Part shown: positions 48,627 through 58,177 of the stretch, in pieces
Numbering within the stretch: position 1 is the stretch's first letter
How the letters are laid out: each line of letters opens with the position of its first letter
From: Leptospira sp.
Lineage (GTDB): Bacteria > Spirochaetota > Leptospiria > Leptospirales > Leptospiraceae
Direction: 5' to 3'
DNA length: 64,000 nucleotides
Assembly (NCBI GenBank): GCA_034439575.1
Contig: JAWXAQ010000027.1
Coordinates: 64,001 to 128,000 of the forward strand
Made by a program: the position numbers and the translations under genes
The notes under the pieces: model-generated
Database searches by the model: none
The model's input: only the letters and a program-made list of their open reading frames with translations
What the model was told of the DNA's origin: nothing

Positions 48627-49619
48627 ATGAAACAGACAGTACGTAATGTAAAAATATCAGGTACAGGATCTTATACTCCTGTGAAAATTGTCACAAATCT
48701 AGAATTGTCCAAAACAATTCCAACGACAGACGAATGGATTTTTGAAAATTTAGGAATACGTGAACGGAGAGTTGCGGCTATCAATGAATGCACGAGTGAT
48801 TTAGCTGCGAAGGCAGGATTACGTGCTATAGAAAATGCGAATCTTAAGCCAGAGGACATTGATCTTATTATCATTGCAACAGCAACTCCTGATAGACTCG
48901 CTCCTTCTACTGCCTGTATCGTACAAGATAAAATTAAAGCTTATAACGCAGTGGCATTTGATATAGCAGCCGTTTGCTCTGGTTTTTTGTATGGTATGTC
49001 AGTGGCATCTCAATTTATTGCTAGCGGTGTATACGAACGAGTATTAGTTATTGGTGCGGATACCTTTTCAAAAATTACCGATTGGAAAAGGAGAGATGCT
49101 GTTTTTTTTGGCGATGGAGCTGGAGCGGCTGTATTGACGCATGCAACAGATAGTGAAGGATTTTTGTCATTTCGATTATATTCCGACGGACGAGGGAAGT
49201 GGAATTTTACCATTCCGGGCGGTGGTTCAGAAAATCCTGCTAATGAAACAACAGTTGCTGAAGGACTACATTATTTTCAAATGAATGCAAGAGCAGTTTA
49301 TGAAACTGGTACTACAGTTTTACCAATTGCAATTTCACAAGTTTTAAAGGATTGTCAATTGGAGATTAAAGATGTGGATTACCTTGTTCCGCACCAACCA
49401 AGCATTAAACTTCTTAAAAAAACTGCTGAACTGATTGGTTTACCTGAATCCAAATTAATGACGAATATGATTCGTTATGCGAATACCTCAGGTGGAACCA
49501 TTCCGATTTTGTTGGACGAATTGAATAGAGATGGAAAGTTAAAAAAAGGAAATTTAATTTTATTTGCAGCTGTTGGAAGCGGTTGGACTTACGGAGCCTC
49601 GCTTCTACGTTGGTCTTAG
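48627..49619 (+). CDS. fabH: 3-oxoacyl-ACP synthase III
   Basis: GTGSY.P, GIRERR, AVCSGF (Cys), FGDGAGA, PHQ (His), ANTS (Asn), G.GWTYG. Confidence 0.92.
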   Translation: MKQTVRNVKISGTGSYTPVKIVTNLELSKTIPTTDEWIFENLGIRERRVAAINECTSDLAAKAGLRAIENANLKPEDIDLIIIATATPDRLAPSTACIVQDKIKAYNAVAFDIAAVCSGFLYGMSVASQFIASGVYERVLVIGADTFSKITDWKRRDAVFFGDGAGAAVLTHATDSEGFLSFRLYSDGRGKWNFTIPGGGSENPANETTVAEGLHYFQMNARAVYETGTTVLPIAISQVLKDCQLEIKDVDYLVPHQPSIKLLKKTAELIGLPESKLMTNMIRYANTSGGTIPILLDELNRDGKLKKGNLILFAAVGSGWTYGASLLRWS

Positions 49620-49629
49620 GAATTCGTTT

Positions 49630-50313
49630 ATGATTATAATCAATGGTGCTTCACGTGGAATAGGAAAATTCCTTTTTGAGTCATATTTTGGAAAAAATGA
49701 ACAGGTCATCGGAACCTATAATTCAACCAAGCCGAAAGATAATTTAGATTTTTTTGAGAACTTAGATGTTACAAATCAGAATTCAGTCTCAACATTTGTA
49801 AAAAAAATAACTCCAAAACTAAATGATATAACATTAATTAACTGTGCAGGGATTACTTACAATAGTTATGCGCATAAGGCAGAAATTGATAAATGGACTA
49901 AGGTAATAGATGTTAACTTAATTGGCGTTTTCCGATTGATTCATTCTATACTTCCAATTATGAGAGAACAAGGATTCGGAAGAATCATTAATTTTTCTTC
50001 GGTTGTTGCACAAAGAGGTACTCCTGGTGCGAGTGCTTATGCCTCTTCTAAATCTGCGCTTTGGGGTCTTGCTCGGAGTTTAGCTGTAGAAAATGCATCT
50101 AAAGGGATTACCATCAATTCACTTAACTTAGGTTATTTTGATATAGGAATGATTGAAGAAGTTCCCGAAGATTATAGGTCTACTATCATAGAAACCATTC
50201 CGAACAAACGATTTGGACATCCATCAGAAATATTAAATAGCATCGAATATCTAAGAAACAATTCTTATGTGAATGGAACATCTATCAATATAAACGCAGC
50301 CCTTTATGACTAG
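49630..50313 (+). CDS. FabG/acetoacetyl-CoA reductase-like SDR
   Basis: GASRGIG, NCAGI, GRIINFSS, YASSK, LGYFDIGM; follows fabH. Confidence 0.85.
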   Translation: MIIINGASRGIGKFLFESYFGKNEQVIGTYNSTKPKDNLDFFENLDVTNQNSVSTFVKKITPKLNDITLINCAGITYNSYAHKAEIDKWTKVIDVNLIGVFRLIHSILPIMREQGFGRIINFSSVVAQRGTPGASAYASSKSALWGLARSLAVENASKGITINSLNLGYFDIGMIEEVPEDYRSTIIETIPNKRFGHPSEILNSIEYLRNNSYVNGTSININAALYD

Positions 50314-51385
50314 TTCTTTAAAGTTTGAGAAATTTAACAAGATTGAATTAGAAAAACAAAGATTGTTATTTAGTGAATGTTTTCCTGAAACTTTAAATAC
50401 ATCCGTTAATTCAAATGAACACTACGATTGGAAATTTCACAAATTTCCAAATTCTCCAACTTCCTATGAATATATTAGCTCTGAAGGTACTAATTTAATC
50501 GGATACTACGCAGCGCTACCATATTCATATCGTGTATTTAATGAAAATAAGTTGGTGGGGATGGTTTGCGATGTCATGACAGGCGTTGCTGCAAGGGGTA
50601 AAGGAATCTTTACCAAAATTGGAAAATTTGCGACAGATGATTTAAAAGAGCAAGGCATTGATTTCACAATTGGTTATCCTATTCGGAAGGAAGTAATTCC
50701 TGGACATTTAAAAGTTGGATGGGATGTCGTCTTTGAACTTCCTATGTATATAAGCTTTTTGAAATTTTCTAGTTTTTTTAAATCCAAAAGTATTGGATGG
50801 ATTTCAATTCCTTTTGATATAGCTTGTTTGATTCTTTTTAAAATTGAAAAACTTTTCTCAAAGAATGAAAATATAAGATTTGAAATTTTAAATAAAAACG
50901 AATTCATTAAATGGAAAGATTTAGATCAATTTATTTCTAAATGGCAAGACCAACAAAAAATATCGTTAAATAAATCAAAAGAATTTTATAATTGGCGTTT
51001 GTTTGCGCCTTGCACGGAATATAACATTATAATAATGTATATTAACGAAATTCCCGCTGGTGTAAGTATTGTTCGTGAAGTTGTTCAGAACAAAATTCCT
51101 ACTTTAGCTATACTTGATTTTATGATCTTAAAAGAAAATTTGTCTTATTCTTCGAATTTAATTTTTCAAATTAAAAATTTTGCATATGAAAGAAAAAGAG
51201 AATTTATTATATGTATGATGAATAAATCTATCTATGGCCGGTATGCTTTTCTTAAATCGTTATTTATTAGAAGTCCTTTCATATTCAAATTAATTATAAA
51301 AAAATAAAATTTTTCTCCGGAAGGCATTGAATTTTACAATGAAAATAATTGGCATTTGACCTGGATAGATTCAGATGATTTGTAA
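50306..51385 (+). pseudogene. GNAT-family acyltransferase with premature in-frame TAA at 51305-51307 (ORF 50306-51307 plus 25-codon in-frame tail)
   Basis: DVMT...RGKGIF, GYP...PGHLKVGW. After the TAA the same frame reads NFSPEGIEFYNENNWHLTWIDSDDL*, ending at 51385, 12 nt before the next ATG. Confidence 0.7.
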
Positions 51386-51397
51386 ATAACTATAATC

Positions 51398-52144
51398 ATG
51401 AATTTATTTTTATTTCCACATCAAGATGATGAATATTTTATCTCTCCTGAAATTTTAATAAACCCAAATAATTCTCTTTGTATTTTTTTAACGAAAGGGG
51501 ATTATTATGGAAGTAATACAGAAATTAGAAATTCTGAATCAAAAAAAGTATTACTTTCGTTAGGGGTATCGCCAGAAAATATAATTTTTTTAATGGACTC
51601 ATTGCCAATTCCAGACAATAATTTAATAAATTATTTGGAAGAAGTTTATCAGGGAATCTTAAAACTAATTGCAAATAAAAGCATAGAGTCTATTTATACA
51701 ACCGCATATGAAGGTGGGCATCCTGATCATGATGCAGCGACTGGGATCGCTTTTGTTCTTAGTTTAACAGCAAATTGTCCAGCATATCAATTTTTTTTAT
51801 ACAATGCATTTAATGTTACAAAACCATTTTTTCAAGTGATGAAACCATTGCAGGATAATAAATTGGAAAAATTGAAAATTAAATTTAAAGACTCTGTTCG
51901 AGTTGCGTTTTTATTTCTTAATTATAAATCTCAATTCAAAACTTGGTTAGGTCTGGGGTTATTTGCGATCTATCATTTCTTTATACAAAGACATTATTAT
52001 AAACAGTCAATCTCGGCACACTTATTTTATAATCGCCCCCATACTGGTGAACTTTATTATGAAATGAGAAATTGGATGTCCTACGATTCTTTCAAAAAAG
52101 TATTTGAATCTTTTTTTCTTCTACATGGGATAAATATAAAATGA
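51398..52144 (+). CDS. PIG-L/LmbE-family deacetylase
   Basis: PHQDDE, T.G, R..ES, GGHPDH, YKSQ. Confidence 0.87.
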   Translation: MNLFLFPHQDDEYFISPEILINPNNSLCIFLTKGDYYGSNTEIRNSESKKVLLSLGVSPENIIFLMDSLPIPDNNLINYLEEVYQGILKLIANKSIESIYTTAYEGGHPDHDAATGIAFVLSLTANCPAYQFFLYNAFNVTKPFFQVMKPLQDNKLEKLKIKFKDSVRVAFLFLNYKSQFKTWLGLGLFAIYHFFIQRHYYKQSISAHLFYNRPHTGELYYEMRNWMSYDSFKKVFESFFLLHGINIK

Positions 52145-53088
52145 AAATTTCGGTCATCATTCCTTCTTATAGAGTCAAAAAACATATATTAGGTGTTATT
52201 TCTAAAATTGGTAAAGAAGTTTCTCGAATTTATGTGATTGATGATAAATGTCCAGAGAAGTCAGGCGAATACGTTCAAAATAATTGTAAAGATAAACGAG
52301 TAAAAATTATATATCATGAAATAAACCGCGGCGTTGGCGGGGCAATGATATCTGGATATCAAGCTTCACTTTTGGAAGGGTTTGATATTGCTGTGAAAAT
52401 TGATGGTGATGGCCAAATGGATCCAAAATTGTTACCTAAGTTTGTAGCACCAATTCTGAGAGGTGAGGCGGATTATACTAAGGGAAATCGTTTTTTTAAT
52501 CCAGAATATCTATCGAAAATGCCAAAAGTTCGATTGGTAGGAAATGCAGGCCTGAGTTTTATAAATAAGGCCGTAAGTGGATACTGGGATATTATGGACC
52601 CAACAAATGGATATACGGCGATCCATTCTACCGCATTGTCGATGTTACCATTTGACAAATTAGACAATAGATATTTTTTTGAGAGTGATATGCTTTTTAG
52701 GCTAAACATAACAAGAGCTGTAGTTACAGACGTTCCCATGACTGCAATTTATGGCGATGAAGAAAGTAACTTAAGTATAAAGCGCGTGTTATTCGAATTC
52801 CCCTTAAAGTATATGAATCGATTATTTAAGCGAATATTTTATAATTATTTTTTGAGGGATTTTAATTTAGGTTCATTAGAATTATTCTTTGGAATGATAC
52901 TAACAACTTTTGGAATTTTCTTTGGTATCAGTAAATGGTTCTACGGATATTTTAATCAAATTAATGCTTCATCTGGAACAGTAATGGTAGCCGCATTACC
53001 AATCATTGTTGGCTTTCAGTTAATTCTTTCAGCACTCCAGTATGATGTGATTTCTGTACCAAAAAAAGTACTCTCAAAATTAAAATAA
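52141..53088 (+). CDS. GT2 glycosyltransferase with two C-terminal TM helices (polyprenol-phosphate type)
   Basis: VIIPSY, IDDKCP, NRGVGGA, KIDGDGQMDP, KGNRF, DPTNGY, YGDE.S.L. Confidence 0.9.
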   Translation: MKISVIIPSYRVKKHILGVISKIGKEVSRIYVIDDKCPEKSGEYVQNNCKDKRVKIIYHEINRGVGGAMISGYQASLLEGFDIAVKIDGDGQMDPKLLPKFVAPILRGEADYTKGNRFFNPEYLSKMPKVRLVGNAGLSFINKAVSGYWDIMDPTNGYTAIHSTALSMLPFDKLDNRYFFESDMLFRLNITRAVVTDVPMTAIYGDEESNLSIKRVLFEFPLKYMNRLFKRIFYNYFLRDFNLGSLELFFGMILTTFGIFFGISKWFYGYFNQINASSGTVMVAALPIIVGFQLILSALQYDVISVPKKVLSKLK

Positions 53089-53096
53089 ATTTTTTA

Positions 53097-53948
53097 ATGA
53101 AATATTCTTTTCAAGATAATTCTTCGCGTATTCGAAATTTAAAGAATATTAATATTCAAAAATTTGAAAATAAGAAAAAAGAAGGATTATCTATTGTTAT
53201 ATTAAATTTAGATAAACCTGAATATTTAATTCCTTTAGTCGAAATATTAAAGAAAAGTAAAGAATCGTTTAGAAAAGAGAATATTTTTTTTGAAATACTT
53301 ATTGGCGATACTGGCTCTACAGATCAAAAAGTAATCAAAGCTTATGAAGATTCAGAAATAAAAGTCATCAAAGGATTAAAGTATCATTTTTCAAAAAACA
53401 ATAACGATATAGCGTATAAAAATAGTTCAGGAAAGTGGATACTTTTTATGAACAATGATATCATTTTTCAAGATGAAAAATTATTATTTCAATTATATTT
53501 GAAAGCTGAAGAAAATTCTAATATTGGAATATGCGGGCATGTTTTACTCTTTGAAAATTTAACTATCCAACACCGTGGTATACAATTTTTTAAACTTAAT
53601 ACATCTACAAATTTTATGCCTTACCATATCGATGGTGGCAAATCTTTAAAAGAAGTTCATTTGCCTGAGAGCCAATTTTTTGATGCGACTACTGGTGCTT
53701 TCTTAATGATTAAGAGCGATCTATTTGAAAACGTATATGGATTCAATGAGGATTTTGAAAAAGAAGCACAAGATATTGATCTTTGCTTGAAAATTAGACG
53801 ATTAGGTTTTCAAATTTTAGTTTTGAATTTGGGAAAAGTCATTCACTTTGAAAATGGAACTCGCGTTAAAGGCGAAGAAAGCAATTTTGATCGTTCTCTT
53901 TTTGTTAGACTATGGTCAAGTTTCATTGAAGGGATAATAGTTTTTTGA
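53097..53948 (+). CDS. GT2 glycosyltransferase
   Basis: GDTGSTD, FSKNNN, FMNNDI, TGAFLM, GFNE, QDIDLCL. Confidence 0.87.
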   Translation: MKYSFQDNSSRIRNLKNINIQKFENKKKEGLSIVILNLDKPEYLIPLVEILKKSKESFRKENIFFEILIGDTGSTDQKVIKAYEDSEIKVIKGLKYHFSKNNNDIAYKNSSGKWILFMNNDIIFQDEKLLFQLYLKAEENSNIGICGHVLLFENLTIQHRGIQFFKLNTSTNFMPYHIDGGKSLKEVHLPESQFFDATTGAFLMIKSDLFENVYGFNEDFEKEAQDIDLCLKIRRLGFQILVLNLGKVIHFENGTRVKGEESNFDRSLFVRLWSSFIEGIIVF

Positions 53949-55177
53949 GAATTCTTATTTTAACATATCGAATTGCAATGGGCTTTGGTGTGGATGTAGT
54001 TGTTGGTGAGACAGCACGTCGCTTCATTAAACATGGGGCAAATGTTTTGATCGGAGTTATAGATCAAGAACCGGATATTTATTCAGATTTGAATATAAGA
54101 AAACTTGATCAATCCAATCCAGTTTCAAAATCGTTTTTAATTGCGGCTGCTCCCGATATTATAATTATCCATACATTTCCTTTTTTTGAACAAGTAGACT
54201 ATTTGAAAGAATTTGCGCCTGTTATATTTTGGGAACACGGAGATCCTTCGCCAGAATTACAAATAGAACCTTCTCGTTCATTTTTATTGTCTGAAAAAAA
54301 ACATAAGAAAGAAAATGGATATCATAGTGCGAATGGCATTATAGCAATCTCCGAATTCATTGCTTCTGAAATTGGTGATTTTTCAAATATAGTCATTTAT
54401 AATGGATGTGATCATTTAAATCAAAAGCCAAAAGACAAGCTTGCTAAGCAGTTTAATAAAAAAATTTCTGTAGGAGTATTGAATCGTATAGGTCCGGGAG
54501 AGAATCGATACAAAGGTATTGAATTCTTTTTAGATTTAATCGATATATTAAAGAATCATTCGAATATTCAATTCTGTTTTGCAGGTCGCGGTAAAGAAGA
54601 GGATGCGAAAGAACTTCGAAATTCAGGAATGGAGGTAAAATTAAATTTATCAGAAATTGAAAAAATTGAATATTTACGAAATCTTGATGTATTTATTTCG
54701 TTTAGTCTTTGGGAAGGATTCAACTTACCCTTAGTCGAAGCAAGTAAACTGGGAACTATATCTTTGGCACTTGATACGGGAGCTCACCCTGAAGTAACTC
54801 CATTTACTTTTAGAAACATATATGAAATGGCAAATTTTATAATTCATTTATCCGCAAACGAATCTCTAATACAAAAATATTCAGATGTAAGTTACCATTT
54901 CGTTACTAAAAAATTCAATTGGGATTTACAATCTGAGAAAGCATTTCAATTTATAAGAAAGATTTATATTAAAGATACCAAAAAGGCTAAGATTTCATTT
55001 ACAAAGAAAATGCAGATCTATATGCATCTTATATTATATATTATTTATAGAATAAGAATCGCATGTCTTGGATCCATTCAATTTGTCAAAAGTCATGGCT
55101 TAAAAAAATTCTTTCTGCTTATTAAACGAAAGGTATATTCTTTATATCTGAGTATTTTTCGGAAGTTATTAGCATAA
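53945..55177 (+). CDS. GT4 glycosyltransferase
   Basis: G.GVD.V, VIYNG, KG, SLWEGFNLPLVEA (E-x7-E); TTG start. Confidence 0.87.
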   Translation: MRILILTYRIAMGFGVDVVVGETARRFIKHGANVLIGVIDQEPDIYSDLNIRKLDQSNPVSKSFLIAAAPDIIIIHTFPFFEQVDYLKEFAPVIFWEHGDPSPELQIEPSRSFLLSEKKHKKENGYHSANGIIAISEFIASEIGDFSNIVIYNGCDHLNQKPKDKLAKQFNKKISVGVLNRIGPGENRYKGIEFFLDLIDILKNHSNIQFCFAGRGKEEDAKELRNSGMEVKLNLSEIEKIEYLRNLDVFISFSLWEGFNLPLVEASKLGTISLALDTGAHPEVTPFTFRNIYEMANFIIHLSANESLIQKYSDVSYHFVTKKFNWDLQSEKAFQFIRKIYIKDTKKAKISFTKKMQIYMHLILYIIYRIRIACLGSIQFVKSHGLKKFFLLIKRKVYSLYLSIFRKLLA

Positions 55178-56866
55178 ATGTTGTGGCAAACAATTTGTAA
55201 TTTTTTCTCCAAGAAAAAGCATACAAAAACAATTTTATTTTTTTGTTTTCTCTTAATTATTACATTTATCTATTTTCAAAAATTAATATGGGAAGTTGAT
55301 ACGATTCCAGGATTCGGATTGGATCCATTTTTTTGTATGTTTGTTATTGATACAAACTCTAAGCACCTAAGCAATGGAAATTTTTTTGAAATTGCCAATC
55401 TTCCATTTTTTTATCCCAAAAAACAAACCTTAGGTTTTTCTGACCCATTAATTTTTCATTCTTTATTGTTTGCTCTAATTAAACCATTCGTATCTTCAAA
55501 AGCTACTGCGATTCGGTTAATGTTTGTTCTATTTTTCTTTTTAAATTGGTTAGTCTGCTCTAAATTTCTTTTTCTGTTAAAGAAGAATGTAAGTATAAGT
55601 ATATTTGTCGGTTGGTTATTTACTTTTTCATTATTTTTTCAAGTTCAATCTGCACATTATCAGAATTTGTTGGTATTTCCTATTTTTCTTTCAATATTGC
55701 CTTTGTTTTCTCCAGAAATGAAACTGAAATATAAGTTTATATATTCATTTATTGGTATCAGTATATTTCTTATTTCAAATTTATATTTTTCTATTTATTC
55801 GCTAATTGTATATTTTTCCAGTCTCATATTCCTTTATATATATAAGGGTTCAATTACATTAAAGAAAAATGTATATTCAATTTTAGGTGTCCTTATTTCT
55901 CTTATGGTTTGTTATCCTCTATTGCAATTTTATTTTGATATCCGAATTGAATATCCAGAGATTGTCGGTGTTCGAAATTTTGAAGAAAAAATCCAATTTT
56001 CGGCTAGTTGGAGGGATTATTTAAAAGTTTTATATCCGCCTTCAATTTATTTGCACTTTAAAAAGTATTTTGTTTCTTTTGATTTTGAAAAAAGTAATTT
56101 TTCTGGATTAATAGGTTTAATATTATTTTTTGCTATTACTGTATCAAATATAAAGAATATTTTTAAAAGAAAGTATGATATTTATAAGTTAAGTATATTC
56201 TTATTTGGTATTGGAGTTTTTTTAGCTTCCGGTGCTATTTATTTACCATTTTTGTATAAAATCATATTAAAAATTGTCCCTGGTATTTCTGAGATCCGTG
56301 CTTTAGGTAGGGCTGGGCTCATCATAAATTTAGGAATTATCCTTTCTGTGTATTATTTTTTAATAAAATTTCCTATAAAAAATACTAAACAAAAATTATT
56401 TTTTTCTTTAATCTGCTTATTACTTTTTTCGGAAAGATTTGCAGAAGATTTTTATATTCGTAATATTGAATATTCTACAGATTCAAATAGAGAAGCCAAA
56501 TTAATTTTTGATTCTTACATAATATTGAACAAAGTAAATAAAACGAAGCCTATTTTGGTAATATCGGAAAATTCAGAAAATAATATCAGAATTCCATTTT
56601 TCTTAAATTTAGAATCTGATGCTACGATAATAAATGGTTATTCTGGATATCAACCCAAGGAGTGGAACCATTTTGCCTTGCTCAATGAAACGAATGCAAA
56701 ATGTGATGTTTCAATGAAGAAAAATGAATTTTTATTTTCTTATGCATCATTGCTGTTAGTCGAAACAAATTCATTATTTTACAAGAAATGTAAATTAGAA
56801 ATAGAAAGAGGATTTAAACTTTCCATACGTAGCCAAAATTTTAATTTGTATGATAAGTTGATATAA
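55178..56866 (+). CDS. multi-TM GT-C-like (YfhO-related) membrane protein
   Basis: D.F, FFYP...TLGFSD, multiple TM, PG...IRALGR, INGYSGYQP. Confidence 0.65.
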   Translation: MLWQTICNFFSKKKHTKTILFFCFLLIITFIYFQKLIWEVDTIPGFGLDPFFCMFVIDTNSKHLSNGNFFEIANLPFFYPKKQTLGFSDPLIFHSLLFALIKPFVSSKATAIRLMFVLFFFLNWLVCSKFLFLLKKNVSISIFVGWLFTFSLFFQVQSAHYQNLLVFPIFLSILPLFSPEMKLKYKFIYSFIGISIFLISNLYFSIYSLIVYFSSLIFLYIYKGSITLKKNVYSILGVLISLMVCYPLLQFYFDIRIEYPEIVGVRNFEEKIQFSASWRDYLKVLYPPSIYLHFKKYFVSFDFEKSNFSGLIGLILFFAITVSNIKNIFKRKYDIYKLSIFLFGIGVFLASGAIYLPFLYKIILKIVPGISEIRALGRAGLIINLGIILSVYYFLIKFPIKNTKQKLFFSLICLLLFSERFAEDFYIRNIEYSTDSNREAKLIFDSYIILNKVNKTKPILVISENSENNIRIPFFLNLESDATIINGYSGYQPKEWNHFALLNETNAKCDVSMKKNEFLFSYASLLLVETNSLFYKKCKLEIERGFKLSIRSQNFNLYDKLI

Positions 56867-58177
56867 ATGGTAAGAAATTTTTTAAAATATCTTTTTGGTT
56901 TTTTCATAAGATTTGTCAATTTTCTTTTTGCATTTTTTAATCTACGAGTAGAATTCAATTTAATTAAAATTTCGAAAACAACTGGCAGAGAAGATTTTTT
57001 TCATCAATTAACACCAATAAAATTAAAACTAAATTCTCAGAAACCTATTGTCCATTTAGCGATTCCTTATATGGCACGAGAAGAATCGATCTTTGCTGGG
57101 ACAAGAATGATTTTGGCCTTGGGAGCTTCATTATTAAAATCAAATATACCAATAAACTTTATTATTACTGATGAAATTTGGTCTGGACGAAGTGAAAGTA
57201 TTGCCAAGGCTAATTTTTATAAATACTTTCCGGATTGTAAAACGTATTCATTTAAAGCTATTTCAGTAGCTAATGAATCTACAAGAGAATTGGCGATTGA
57301 CAAAGACGATATTTTCATTGCAACTGCTTGGTGGACGGTACATTCGCTAAAGGAAATTTTTGTAAATGAGCAGTTAAAAAATAATAAGATATTTTATCTA
57401 ATTCAGGATTTTGAACCTGGTTTTTATCCTTGGGGTGCAGAGTATGCTTTAGCGATAGAAACTTATAAAAAAGATATCATTCCTATATATTCGACGATAA
57501 GTCTGAAAAATTATTTTCAAAAAGAAATTTGTATTCGAAAAGAAAATGAAGAATGTGCAGTATATTTCCCAGAAATAAGTAAAAAAGTTTTTTATCCTAA
57601 TAAATTAGAATATTATAAATCAAAGCGAGTTAAAAAATTATTTTGTTATGTGAGACCTAGTATTCCACGCAATATGTATCAATTGCTGATTCAATCTTTG
57701 ATACAAGTAACTCACGAGGGGATTTTTCCTGAATTTGAATGGGAATTTTGGTCAGGAGGAGAGAATCATGAGCATATAGAATTGGGAAAAGGACATATTC
57801 TCAAATCCAAAGGAAAGTTGTCTTATCTCGAATACGGTGAATTTTTGAGGACTTGTGATCTTGGTATATCTTTGATGTATTCACCTCATCCGAGTTATCC
57901 TCCTTTTGAAATGGCTCAATCTGGAATCGTCACGATTACAAATTTATTTCCAGGAAAAGATTTAAGCACCACATCAAAAAATATAATAAGTTGCGAGACG
58001 AATTTATTGAGCCTTAATATGGCAATCAAGGATGCATTTTCTAAACATGAATATTATGAGAAACGAATGGAACAATCAATTTTGCCATTCCCTGATGTTT
58101 ATGAAGACTGTTTTTCTGAACCAGTAAAATTAATTAAAAAGTATCATTCGAAATCCACAATTGAAAACGAAGATTAA
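56867..58177 (+). CDS. WsaF-like GT-B rhamnosyltransferase
   Basis: FAG..., DIFIATAWWT, YLIQDFEPGFYPWG, YVRP..PRN, DLGISLMYSPHPSYPPFEMA..G. Confidence 0.85.
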   Translation: MVRNFLKYLFGFFIRFVNFLFAFFNLRVEFNLIKISKTTGREDFFHQLTPIKLKLNSQKPIVHLAIPYMAREESIFAGTRMILALGASLLKSNIPINFIITDEIWSGRSESIAKANFYKYFPDCKTYSFKAISVANESTRELAIDKDDIFIATAWWTVHSLKEIFVNEQLKNNKIFYLIQDFEPGFYPWGAEYALAIETYKKDIIPIYSTISLKNYFQKEICIRKENEECAVYFPEISKKVFYPNKLEYYKSKRVKKLFCYVRPSIPRNMYQLLIQSLIQVTHEGIFPEFEWEFWSGGENHEHIELGKGHILKSKGKLSYLEYGEFLRTCDLGISLMYSPHPSYPPFEMAQSGIVTITNLFPGKDLSTTSKNIISCETNLLSLNMAIKDAFSKHEYYEKRMEQSILPFPDVYEDCFSEPVKLIKKYHSKSTIENED

